DNA of 44,828 nucleotides from a virus, in the IMG/VR virus record IMGVR_UViG_3300048615_000030, positions 1 to 44,828 of that record; one strand, written 5' to 3'. A program made the translations under genes and the position numbers. The notes beneath the pieces are model-generated. The model was not told the origin of the DNA, searched no databases, and saw only the letters and a list, made by a program, of their open reading frames with translations. Each line of letters opens with the position of its first letter. Within the stretch, counting starts at the first letter, position 1. Below are positions 1 through 7,202 of this stretch, in pieces.

Positions 1-127
1 AAACGACGGGGAGGCGCCTCCCAATCCTCCGAAAGCTCCGCCTCCAAATCCCGGTGCTGCACCCACGCATACCACCGGTACACCGTCGTCACATCCACGT
101 TGAACGCCCGAGCACAATCCTTCACAG
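1..127. repeat. Terminal direct repeat copy 1, identical to 44702..44828. Read as a circular-assembly overlap.
   Basis: Base-by-base reading shows 1..127 equals 44702..44828. The repeat lies inside the terminase reading frame. Confidence 0.95.
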
Positions 128-398
128 GCTTAAACGGACGGGCATCCCACCCCTCACGGAAAAACCCGACACTCGGCTTCCGACGCTGCCGAGCCGACAC
201 CTTCCGCAACTCCGCCTCAACAAGACCAGCCTTCAACGCCGCACGATGATCCCGACCAGGAACATGCACCGAACAAAACTCCGACCCAAACGCCAGAATC
301 CGAGACGCACACCGCGACCCCGCCCTCACATGACCCTCCGGAAACACGTGAGCACACGGAGTATCCTGCGACCTAGCAAACCCCGAACCAGCAGACAT
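1..398 (-). CDS. terL: Terminase large subunit, N-terminal segment. The gene wraps the circular junction, and 1..127 duplicates 44702..44828.
   Basis: Hand translation of the minus strand in the frame of ORF 43060..44826 stays open from 125 up to ATG 398..396, with the G-rich string GGGGGGTGGGC just upstream. An in-frame stop lies at 452..450. The segment encodes an HTH-like stretch, PVKDCARAFNVDVTTVYRWYAWVQ. Confidence 0.75.
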   Translation of the reverse strand, partial: MSAGSGFARSQDTPCAHVFPEGHVRAGSRCASRILAFGSEFCSVHVPGRDHRAALKAGLVEAELRKVSARQRRKPSVGFFREGWDARPFKPVKDCARAFNVDVTTVYRWYAWVQHRDLEAELSEDWEAPPRR

Positions 399-663
399 GC
401 CCACCCCCCAACAATCCAGCGCTACCACTACCGCAACCAACAGCGCCATCTACATCCCTATATAGGCCCCGGTCGTATTGGGATCGGCCTATTGGCATAC
501 GCTCGTGAGGAGTGTGTGCGTGCATACGCTTTCATTCCTGGCACATTCTGGGATGCGAGGAAACATCAGGTAGTAGTTGACATTTCCTTCACGTGCCTGC
601 GCCCATAACCTATGTTATGTCAGCCTAGACACACCCCGTCCTCCACCATTCAACAGTCAGTTG
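399..663. other. Non-coding region upstream of terminase. Candidate packaging (cos/pac) and/or promoter region.
   Basis: No convincing ORF and visibly less GC-rich. Contains a 10-bp palindrome CCTATATAGG (457..466), a 9-bp direct repeat GCATACGCT (495..503 and 522..530), and an inverted repeat CATAAC-ctat-GTTATG (604..619). Confidence 0.35.
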
Positions 664-1092
664 CTAATCGAAACTGCCTAACCGTACAAGGTAAGACGGA
701 GGTTTCGGTTGGTGGGTTTCGATGTAGTCGGCCATGCTGCGGAGTAGGTCAGGGTCTTCTTGTGCGCTTCCTATGGCTGTGTTGCATCCGGTGCAGAGGA
801 GAGCTCGGACCTGTCCGGTGTTGTGGTCGTGGTCTACGTGGAGGGCTTTCTGTCCGGGAGGCTGGTGGCAGATAGCGCAGACGCCTTGCTGGTCGGCTAG
901 GAGCGTTTCGTATTCGTCCCAGGTGATGTTGATGCCTTGACGTTTCCATGCGTCGGTACGGACTCGACGTTTCGCTGATTCATGGTTGGCTCGATAATAC
1001 TGCCGGCGGTATTCGTTTCGGCATGGACGGCAGTACCCGTTGGAAGTCTCTATGGCCCTGGTCTGACATCGAGGGCAGAGTGCTGGTGACAC
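664..1092 (-). CDS. Recombination endonuclease VII family protein with an N-terminal CxxC...CxxC finger.
   Basis: Motif CAICHQPP...LHVDHDHNTGQVRALLCTGCNTAIG. Start placed at GTG 1092, which has AGAGGAGG 6 nt upstream and lies downstream of the protease stop. Confidence 0.75.
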   Translation of the reverse strand: MSPALCPRCQTRAIETSNGYCRPCRNEYRRQYYRANHESAKRRVRTDAWKRQGINITWDEYETLLADQQGVCAICHQPPGQKALHVDHDHNTGQVRALLCTGCNTAIGSAQEDPDLLRSMADYIETHQPKPPSYLVRLGSFD

Positions 1093-1109
1093 CACAATCC
1101 TCCTCTGCC

Positions 1110-2006
1110 CTATTGGACTGGTGTGATGTTGAGGAGAACTTGGACGTGTTCCCACCGGTTAGCGATAGTGATACCGTTGCCGCCGGCGAACAGGAGACCT
1201 GCGAGAGATCCTTGAGAGTGGATAGCAGACCCTGAATCGCCTGGGGCTGAAAACTCTCCTTGCCCGCGGATGATGACCTGGTCTTCGAACTGTGCTGTCT
1301 GAGATCCGTATTGGACGGTGATCGACGCGTTCACACCTTCGACTACGCCGGTCGTGTGTTCTGTAGTACGACCGGACTTCTCCACCAGATCACCAAGTGC
1401 GAGGCTTCGAGTGGTGGTCGGGTTTCCTGTCAGATCCACGAAGTCGGGAGTGTCGGGCTGGCAGACGGCAGCGTCGACCAGGTTCACCGCCTGCTGCACG
1501 ACGACAAGCCGGAAAGTGCATCCGACCGCTCGAGCTCCAAGATTCGCTATACCCTTCCACAATCTCCACCAGAGTCCTGCGAGCTTCTTCTTGTCCTGGA
1601 AGACGACCGGAACGAAATCGTCGAGGACCCCGAACTGTTGGAGAGACGGATCGTCGGCACGGCCCGGCTGGACTATCAGATCACCCTTCTGTCCTGCGTT
1701 CGAGTTGGCTAGAACATGATTGTTCGACAAGGCGAGAACCTGGCCGTCGCGTTCCACCCACGCTCCCAGTGTTCCCGCCGTCACGTCGACATGGCCAATC
1801 GAAAAGCCGGGAGGGCACGGCCTTCTGAACCCGGTCAGCTCGTAGGCTGTGAACACTGCTTCCACGACATCGACATGAGCGGGGAGTAGTTCCCCTTCCG
1901 GCACTTCACCTGGAGGGAGTTTCGCGTCGACAGCGACGACCTCCGTCACCTGACCAGTATTCTGCCCAGCCGTATACCGGAAGCCTGTCCAACGTCCCGT
2001 AATCAT
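1110..2006 (-). CDS. Chymotrypsin/trypsin-fold serine protease.
   Basis: His, Asp and Ser candidates appear in the expected order: SNNHVLA, NLVDAAV, GDSGSA. GAAGGGGG lies upstream of ATG 2006. This is the first gene after the promoter-like element at 2116..2149. Confidence 0.7.
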   Translation of the reverse strand: MITGRWTGFRYTAGQNTGQVTEVVAVDAKLPPGEVPEGELLPAHVDVVEAVFTAYELTGFRRPCPPGFSIGHVDVTAGTLGAWVERDGQVLALSNNHVLANSNAGQKGDLIVQPGRADDPSLQQFGVLDDFVPVVFQDKKKLAGLWWRLWKGIANLGARAVGCTFRLVVVQQAVNLVDAAVCQPDTPDFVDLTGNPTTTRSLALGDLVEKSGRTTEHTTGVVEGVNASITVQYGSQTAQFEDQVIIRGQGEFSAPGDSGSAIHSQGSLAGLLFAGGNGITIANRWEHVQVLLNITPVQ

Positions 2007-2115
2007 CAGCAGCCCCCTTCAAAAAGGTTGGGGTCACGTCGAACAGGACGAAACAAACGGTCAGGAAAGGAGAGGACGTGGAGTGCTGCTCGAGGCGCAA
2101 GACCACGTGAAACCC

Positions 2116-2149
2116 ACTATAATTCCATTACCCGGGAAAGTGAGTAAAC
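2116..2149 (-). promoter_or_regulatory. Promoter-like element, copy 1: conserved 23-mer plus a TATAGT -10-like hexamer.
   Basis: On the minus strand, GTTTACTCACTTTCCCGGGTAAT (2149..2127) is followed by 5 nt and then TATAGT (2121..2116). An identical 23-mer with the same spacing to TAGTAT occurs at 29352..29319. Confidence 0.5.
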
Positions 2150-2189
2150 GTCTACTGACTTGGCCTGTTCCCAGGATTTGCCAGGATGG

Positions 2190-2423
2190 TCAGGTGGTGT
2201 CTGCCTTCTCCTGTGTCACCAGGGGCTCCCTGTCGACCAGTACCCCAGACTCATCCCATACACCAATGGCCGGGTTCTCATAGAAGCCAGGAGGTGGCGT
2301 CCACTCAACCATATCCGTGTTGCGGTATCGGCGAACACTGAATAGACGGCGTCTCATCTTGACCGGCACGCGAGGTCCGACCTGATTGTCTCCGTCCATA
2401 AACGACGCCCACAAGATTCGCAT
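2190..2423 (-). CDS. Hypothetical protein; last gene of the early operon.
   Basis: 77-aa ORF with ordinary amino-acid composition, lying in the minus-strand gene chain. Confidence 0.45.
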   Translation of the reverse strand: MRILWASFMDGDNQVGPRVPVKMRRRLFSVRRYRNTDMVEWTPPPGFYENPAIGVWDESGVLVDREPLVTQEKADTT

Positions 2424-2450
2424 GGTCCTACTCTACCTTCTCCTGTATGC

Positions 2451-2717
2451 TCAACGTGTTGAAAGCAGCAGTAAGAGCAGCACGGAGGACGGCCTTTGTG
2501 AATCCCGTGGCAGCCCACTCCACACGACTTCAACCATCTCTTCGGTTGGTACGGACAAGACTTGGCGAGCTACACCTGTTGACGAACACCGAGAACACTG
2601 GTCTTCCATCAGGCCCTCCAAATACTCGCGCTCCGATGCGCCCGGCATGGTCACGGTCCCACGGCCGCCACATTCTGGGCAAGGGCTTTCGACCAGTTCC
2701 AGTCTTGCTTCGCTCAT
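2451..2717 (-). CDS. Small zinc-finger protein with a DnaJ-type CxxCxGxG motif.
   Basis: Contains CPECGGRG and CSRC. ATGA overlap with the upstream gene. Confidence 0.5.
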   Translation of the reverse strand: MSEARLELVESPCPECGGRGTVTMPGASEREYLEGLMEDQCSRCSSTGVARQVLSVPTEEMVEVVWSGLPRDSQRPSSVLLLLLLSTR

Positions 2718-2926
2718 GGTTGGTTCTCCTGTATGCGGAGAGCAGCGATGAGCGCAGGGATCTCGGTGCCAGGGTTGTTGTAGTATGGGTCATCGAAGGC
2801 TTGCCGTCGCCATTCCGTCCCGTGAGATTCCAGGTAGTCGAGCACCGTGTCGAGCGCCACAACAGGGTTGCAGTCTGCTTCCAACTCCTCGGCAAGAACA
2901 GCGATCAGGTCTTCTCGTAGGCTCAC
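2714..2926 (-). CDS. Hypothetical acidic protein.
   Basis: GTG 2926 is preceded by AAGGAG at 5 nt and forms a GTGA overlap with the upstream stop at 2923. Confidence 0.5.
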   Translation of the reverse strand: MSLREDLIAVLAEELEADCNPVVALDTVLDYLESHGTEWRRQAFDDPYYNNPGTEIPALIAALRIQENQP

Positions 2927-3180
2927 TGTTGCTCCTTGTCCGATATCCGGTTGCGGTTGAGAGTGACATACGACACCGGGTAGAACTCCAATTCGGGCAC
3001 GTCCCATTCGATGCCCTTCTCGTCACCGATCTCAGCGAAACACGCCAGACAGAGAATGTCATGCTCCCACCGAGGCCCAGCGACCAGACGCCACAGTTCC
3101 TTCGGAGCGAGAAACCCGATCCGATCCACCGAATTGCAACGATGACAGAATTGCCGGGTGTTAGTACGTGGTGCGCTCAT
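2923..3180 (-). CDS. Small zinc-ribbon protein.
   Basis: Contains CHRC...CLAC. ATG 3180 forms an ATGA overlap with the upstream stop. Confidence 0.5.
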   Translation of the reverse strand: MSAPRTNTRQFCHRCNSVDRIGFLAPKELWRLVAGPRWEHDILCLACFAEIGDEKGIEWDVPELEFYPVSYVTLNRNRISDKEQQ

Positions 3181-3461
3181 TCCTTGTCCGATACCACAGG
3201 CTGCCACGGACCCACGTAACGCCGATAGCCATTGTCGGGTCGGGGAAGCTCGCCAATCTGAGAGTCCGTTTCCACTTCGGCGGGTATGACCTCACTCAGA
3301 TCGACTAGGCCACGCATCACCATGCGACAGTCGCCGTCCTGGGTCGCAGCATCACACCTAGTCGGCCCGAGCATGATCGTACGAAAACCCGAGTCGTGAC
3401 GCTCGCACCACCAGATCACGTCGATGTTTTCACAGACGAACGGAGTATCAGGCAAGGTCAT
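3177..3461 (-). CDS. Hypothetical Cys-containing protein.
   Basis: 94-aa ORF. Its start overlaps the upstream stop (TGATG). Confidence 0.5.
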   Translation of the reverse strand: MTLPDTPFVCENIDVIWWCERHDSGFRTIMLGPTRCDAATQDGDCRMVMRGLVDLSEVIPAEVETDSQIGELPRPDNGYRRYVGPWQPVVSDKE

Positions 3462-3634
3462 CAGTTGGCCTTCCGTTGCTGAACCATGTGATCAATCTCA
3501 GCCCGCCGGATCAAGTAGTCAAGCTCGGCCTCCGAGACGCCACAACCAGCGCACACCATCCCGTCAGGGTGGTTACCGTTCGGACGCCACCGGTGTCTCT
3601 CGCCGTCATTGCAAATCTCAAGCGTGCCGCTCAT
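3461..3634 (-). CDS. Small zinc-ribbon ORF (57 aa, MSGTLEICNDG...).
   Basis: Hand translation; not in the ORF track because it is under 60 aa. GAGGGAG lies upstream. It shares a duplicated translation-initiation region with ORF 3651..3770. Confidence 0.4.
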   Translation of the reverse strand: MSGTLEICNDGERHRWRPNGNHPDGMVCAGCGVSEAELDYLIRRAEIDHMVQQRKAN

Positions 3635-3650
3635 TCGGTCAACTCCCTCT

Positions 3651-3770
3651 CTACCAAATCACCGGCTTGTGGCCGCCCGTTGCAGGCCAACCGTCGATAT
3701 GCCAGAAACGCCAAAGAATCCAACGGACGCGCTCCCGACACGCCTTGCACTCGATCATCGTGCCGCTCAT
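3651..3770 (-). CDS. Small Cys ORF (39 aa, MSGTMIECKAC...).
   Basis: Hand translation. Same upstream GTAGAGAGGGAGTTGA and same first 11 nt as ORF 3461..3634. ATGA overlap with the upstream gene. Confidence 0.35.
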   Translation of the reverse strand: MSGTMIECKACRERVRWILWRFWHIDGWPATGGHKPVIW

Positions 3771-3925
3771 GTCAACTCCCTCTCTACTAGTTCACCCATT
3801 CGGTCGTAGTAATCCCGCTCGGCACGTTCGTTCTCCCAAAGCGCATTACACGCCTCACAGTCGGTCGGGGATGGCCGAACGCCTCGATAATTCGGATGGG
3901 TTTCACACCAGACCAAGAGGCTCAC
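3767..3925 (-). CDS. Small Cys ORF (52 aa).
   Basis: GTG 3925 has GAAGGAG upstream and forms a GTGA overlap with the stop of 3922..4152. Contains C...CEAC. Confidence 0.35.
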   Translation of the reverse strand: MSLLVWCETHPNYRGVRPSPTDCEACNALWENERAERDYYDRMGELVERELT

Positions 3926-4152
3926 CGTTTCTCCTTCGCTTCTACTAGTTCACAGGCAGGCTCACCAGAGTTCAAGGGGTACGCGTTCGGTGGTGGCTCG
4001 AGGGTCCAAGACCGGCAACCAGAAGAGTCGCAAACACACCGGCCGTCATGGCCGTATTCGTAGCGGCAAAAGTGAGGGTGCTCGGCGCCGGGCCAGCCGT
4101 TGAGACACCACGGGCTGTCATGCCAGGATAAAGCACGTTCGATTCGACTCAC
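3922..4152 (-). CDS. Cys/His-rich small protein (76 aa).
   Basis: The 3' part of track ORF 3922..4293. Start moved to GTG 4152 (GAGGT 6 nt upstream), because the upstream portion is Arg-rich and looks non-coding. Confidence 0.45.
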   Translation of the reverse strand: MSRIERALSWHDSPWCLNGWPGAEHPHFCRYEYGHDGRCVCDSSGCRSWTLEPPPNAYPLNSGEPACELVEAKEKR

Positions 4153-4316
4153 CGTCGTACCTCGACACTGGCCGAAAAAGGCCCGAGACTGGCCTCGAGT
4201 TCGGTTTCGGACGGACCCACAGTCAGGTGAACGCCGATACCCCAAACTTGCGGGTAGAAGCCGATGAAAATGCCCCAAGCGCCCGGATGCCACTCTCCTT
4301 GCCTCGTTCTTATCAA
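4149..4316 (-). CDS. Small membrane peptide (55 aa, ...GAWGIFIGFYPQVWGIGV...).
   Basis: Hand translation in the third minus frame. TTG start in a TTGA overlap with the stop at 4313, and its own stop in a GTGA overlap with the start at 4152. Confidence 0.3.
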   Translation of the reverse strand: MIRTRQGEWHPGAWGIFIGFYPQVWGIGVHLTVGPSETELEASLGPFSASVEVRR

Positions 4317-4525
4317 CACCGGTCCACCGTTGTCCTACCGCAAGCCGCCAAGAGCACGGCTACTGCCAGTCGAGTCGAATCTCCCTCGGGGTTGTGCCTC
4401 AGCTCCTTCGCTGCGCGCTCAACAGCCGCCGGATTGAGCACTCTGCCAACCCGACACTCAGGGCAGGTGGACACAAGACCCGAAGCGTCAAACCCGCAGG
4501 AGCAGAGTTTCACTTTCTCGCTCAC
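4313..4525 (-). CDS. Small zinc-ribbon protein.
   Basis: Contains CSC...CPEC. ATGA overlap with the NinG-like gene. Confidence 0.5.
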   Translation of the reverse strand: MSEKVKLCSCGFDASGLVSTCPECRVGRVLNPAAVERAAKELRHNPEGDSTRLAVAVLLAACGRTTVDRC

Positions 4526-4923
4526 TGGTTCTCCATGACTGTCCGCAACGACTCCAATTCAGCCTTCCAATCGACCTTCCGCATGCTCGCCCGATGCGCC
4601 CTCACCAGCCCACGGAGCTCGTCCCACCGTCCAGGAAACCGGATATCAACAAAGTCATGCCACGTCGCAATCCGAGGTGTGAAAAACATGTGGTGCGCCT
4701 GGCACATGGCGATAGCGTTCAACGGGTTCACCCGGATCGACAGTTCCCCTCTTCCGATGATGTGACAGCACTGGAGGTTGCCTGAGCAGGTGACGCCCAT
4801 CGCGCCGGCGGCCATACAACCGCCGTCTCGAGCGCGGATAAACAGGGAGAACGCCTTGTCGCAGCGTTTCATCCAGTTCTGTTTGGGCTTCGGCTTCGGC
4901 CGCGTGGTTACTTTGGTGGACAC
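4522..4923 (-). CDS. NinG/Rap-like recombination nuclease.
   Basis: KRCDKAFSLFIRARDGGC...CSGNLQCCHIIGRG...NAIAMCQAHH resembles the lambda NinG family Cys/His pattern. Confidence 0.55.
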   Translation of the reverse strand: MSTKVTTRPKPKPKQNWMKRCDKAFSLFIRARDGGCMAAGAMGVTCSGNLQCCHIIGRGELSIRVNPLNAIAMCQAHHMFFTPRIATWHDFVDIRFPGRWDELRGLVRAHRASMRKVDWKAELESLRTVMENQ

Positions 4924-4991
4924 CAGAACACTTCCGGTCTTGTCAACGCTTCACGCAGTTCCGCCTCAGTCATCACCAAAACCACGATCAT
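4908..4991 (-). CDS. Micro-ORF (27 aa).
   Basis: ATGA overlap with the stop at 4988. It bridges an otherwise uncovered gap. Evidence is weak. Confidence 0.2.
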   Translation of the reverse strand: MIVVLVMTEAELREALTRPEVFWCPPK

Positions 4992-5263
4992 TCGGTGTCC
5001 TCTGCGTCGAGACGGACGATGAGGACATCCACCATGCGGCAAGGAACGGGTACGGGGCGATACTCCATCTCCCACGACCAGATCGCACAAGTCTCCTGGT
5101 CTGGATCGCGCGGGTGAGGGGAATGTCGATGCTCCTCGCACCAGACCGACGTCGGCGCCTTTGAGCAATCCAGGCAATCTTCGGGTTGGGAATCCTCACC
5201 GCCGAAATCGCCCCAGTCGAAAATACGGCCGTGTTCACACTCGGAGGGCATCATTCGGCCCAT
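4988..5263 (-). CDS. Acidic Cys/His-rich protein (91 aa).
   Basis: ATG 5263 is preceded by GAGAGGAGA. This is the C-terminal part of track ORF 4988..5413. Confidence 0.5.
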   Translation of the reverse strand: MGRMMPSECEHGRIFDWGDFGGEDSQPEDCLDCSKAPTSVWCEEHRHSPHPRDPDQETCAIWSWEMEYRPVPVPCRMVDVLIVRLDAEDTE

Positions 5264-5276
5264 CAGGGTTCTCCTC

Positions 5277-5819
5277 TCAAGATCGGTCTGCCATCTGCCT
5301 ACCGCACACTTCTTCCGACCCCACCAACGTCCCCACACAAATCCGGGACAGTTCAACCCAGCCGAGCTTCTTCGACTTGTGGAACCGCGGCAGAGACACT
5401 TGATAACGGTCACACGACGACCTGAGACACCAAACGCGGGCTAGGCTTTCGGGGTCGGGACGGTCCCGTTCGAAATCCTTCTCCTTCTCCACCGTCCAAC
5501 CATTCACCGCACCATCCACCCGCGATTTGAAACGGTTGAAAGCACGCACCGGACGCTCATCCCTCACCGGACTCCGAGACGTAGGCTTCCCCGTCGACAC
5601 CCGCTCCCCCAACGCACCACCCGACGTTGGAGCCTGCATCGCCGATTGAGCTTCCAAAATCACCGAAGCAACATCCACGAGAAGGTCTGGTGGGTCGCCG
5701 GCCAGTAGCCGAGCTTTAAACGCTAGGACTTCGGCTTCCAAACGTTCCCGTCGGGTGCGTTCGTTGGCGAGCTGTTTCGCCAGAACATCAGGAGCAACAC
5801 CCGAAATACGTTCAGACAT
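5277..5819 (-). CDS. Hypothetical protein with an N-terminal coiled-coil-like segment.
   Basis: Start taken at ATG 5819 (MSERISGV...), which overlaps the upstream stop by 8 nt. Confidence 0.5.
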   Translation of the reverse strand: MSERISGVAPDVLAKQLANERTRRERLEAEVLAFKARLLAGDPPDLLVDVASVILEAQSAMQAPTSGGALGERVSTGKPTSRSPVRDERPVRAFNRFKSRVDGAVNGWTVEKEKDFERDRPDPESLARVWCLRSSCDRYQVSLPRFHKSKKLGWVELSRICVGTLVGSEEVCGRQMADRS

Positions 5820-6210
5820 CGACGACCTCCCGCGGGACAACATCGACGAATACTGGGATGCCAAGCGAGCGCGCCGTGAACATCGCATTGGCAGTACCAG
5901 CGCTCTTGGCGTCCCAAATGGCGAGCAGCACGACAGGGCTGTCTACCCGCTCTGTCAACATCGCCTTGTTGCGGATTGGGCCGGCTCCGCGGCCGTATCG
6001 TTTCCAGTCGGCAGGCCAAACCCCCAGCCGCGTGGGATACTGCTCCATGATCCGCGTTACGACGTTGTCCACCCCGCCAGCGTCACCGACCCGCACACTC
6101 CAAGGCGTGTCGTACTCGTTGATTCCCGCTCGACCCCACAGCGACCAGAGCGCTTCTTCCACCTGGCCGTAGTGCGTGAGACTCCGAGAGCCGGACACGA
6201 CAACAATCAT
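5812..6210 (-). CDS. SLOG-fold / DUF2493-like protein.
   Basis: MIVVVSGSRS...GDAGGVD...ADWKRYGRGAGPIRNKAML...LLAIWDAKSAGTANA...GIPV. ATGA overlap at 6207..6210. Confidence 0.55.
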   Translation of the reverse strand: MIVVVSGSRSLTHYGQVEEALWSLWGRAGINEYDTPWSVRVGDAGGVDNVVTRIMEQYPTRLGVWPADWKRYGRGAGPIRNKAMLTERVDSPVVLLAIWDAKSAGTANAMFTARSLGIPVFVDVVPREVVDV

Positions 6211-6902
6211 TCGACGACCTCCGTGCAGGGGGTTTTCACGTTCCCGGCGCCCGGCGCATACGCTTCCGTATGACCCTTCCCACCACATGTCGGACAGTCC
6301 CGATGAGCCCACAACCGGGCAGACTCAGCAATGAAATCGGTTTGTGCGGCCTTCCAACTGGCTACGGCGTGGACGCTCCGGATTGACCCTCCGGCGTCTC
6401 TTTCAGATTTGGCTTCGTCTCTCGCCCGCTGGTCGTTGAAAGCGCGTAACCCGTCTGTAGATGAGATGTCCCTACGGGACGGGACGGGACGGGGTAACGC
6501 GAACGTTTCCCGAACTTCGGATTCTGTTCCGGTCTTGTTCGTTCGAACACGCCTCATGCGTTTACGGGCCTGCTCCCTCTCCGTTTCACGCTCCTCGCGG
6601 GACGGGTGATATTCGAGGAAGTCATGCACCCACCATCCGTCACCCTCCGAGTCCTCCGTCCAGAGCCCCTGTTCGACAAGGCTCGCCACTCGCCGCTTCA
6701 CTGACGGAACGCCCACCGCCAGCCGTGCGAGCTGCGTGGCTCGGACATGCCCGTCGGTCTCATAGCGAGCGCAGTAGATGACAGCTCTCATCGCGAGCAG
6801 TTCGGCCCACGGTCCTGCTGCAACCACCTTCGGATGCTCTGTGAACTGGTCATCGAATTTGGCCCAGGCCACTACTTCTTCCTCTTTTCCGGCCAGGTCC
6901 AC
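6207..6902 (-). CDS. Winged-helix DNA-binding protein with a C-terminal CxxCGGKGH finger; possible replication organiser.
   Basis: 231-aa ORF. The N-terminal WAKFDDQF...ARLAVGVPSVKRRVASLVEQGLW looks wHTH-like. An alternative GTG start at 6872 would be coupled (TAGTG) to ORF 6872..7045. Confidence 0.45.
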   Translation of the reverse strand: MDLAGKEEEVVAWAKFDDQFTEHPKVVAAGPWAELLAMRAVIYCARYETDGHVRATQLARLAVGVPSVKRRVASLVEQGLWTEDSEGDGWWVHDFLEYHPSREERETEREQARKRMRRVRTNKTGTESEVRETFALPRPVPSRRDISSTDGLRAFNDQRARDEAKSERDAGGSIRSVHAVASWKAAQTDFIAESARLWAHRDCPTCGGKGHTEAYAPGAGNVKTPCTEVVE

Positions 6903-7045
6903 CAGCCGCCAGCACGAACCCTCACCATGAAATTCGTGACAGCACGGTCCTCACCCACCCACGCTTTAGGAGCACATCCAAGATGGACGGTGAACCCGCG
7001 GATAACCTCCACCCGTCCACGCCTATCACACACTTCACAGGTCAT
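6872..7045 (-). CDS. Small Cys ORF (57 aa, MTCEVCDRRG...).
   Basis: Hand translation. ATGA overlap with ORF 7042..7197. Confidence 0.3.
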   Translation of the reverse strand: MTCEVCDRRGRVEVIRGFTVHLGCAPKAWVGEDRAVTNFMVRVRAGGWWTWPEKRKK

Positions 7046-7197
7046 CGGCATTCCGTGCAGCCGTCCACGATTCGCTTCCCCTTCGGGAGAACCTTCGGAT
7101 TCGCCGACCCCCGCGCATGACAGTTAGAACAGCGGACAGGGACAGGCTTCACCCCACTCCGCAGAGGCAGCCATCTCCCACCAATCCGCTTCCTCAC
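7042..7197 (-). CDS. Small zinc-ribbon ORF (51 aa, CSNCH...CTEC).
   Basis: Hand translation. GTG 7197 lies 5 nt after the SPFH stop. No clear SD. Confidence 0.25.
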   Translation of the reverse strand: MRKRIGGRWLPLRSGVKPVPVRCSNCHARGSANPKVLPKGKRIVDGCTECR

Positions 7198-7202
7198 CTG
7201 GA

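Noticed and set aside
399-449. Alternative terminase start at ATG 449, giving MALLVAVVVALDC..., which resembles the MLPILLLVLVLDC... N-terminus of ORF 22356.
   Set aside because: A lipoprotein-like signal on a terminase makes no biological sense. ATG 398 has a G-rich SD. The LDC resemblance shows no DNA-level similarity and Asp at -1 is a poor lipobox, so it is treated as coincidence.
54-608. 184-aa plus-strand ORF at the window start.
   Set aside because: Its Arg/Pro/Thr/His-rich, low-complexity translation lies antisense or off-frame to the terminase N-terminus, so it is a shadow ORF typical of GC-rich DNA. The same reasoning applies to the other long alternate-frame ORFs, e.g. 11758..12672 (+), 13311..14099 (+), 27630..28538 (+), 34344..35759 (+), 37224..37982 (+), 25172..25843 (-), 37166..37840 (-) and 40136..40717 (-).
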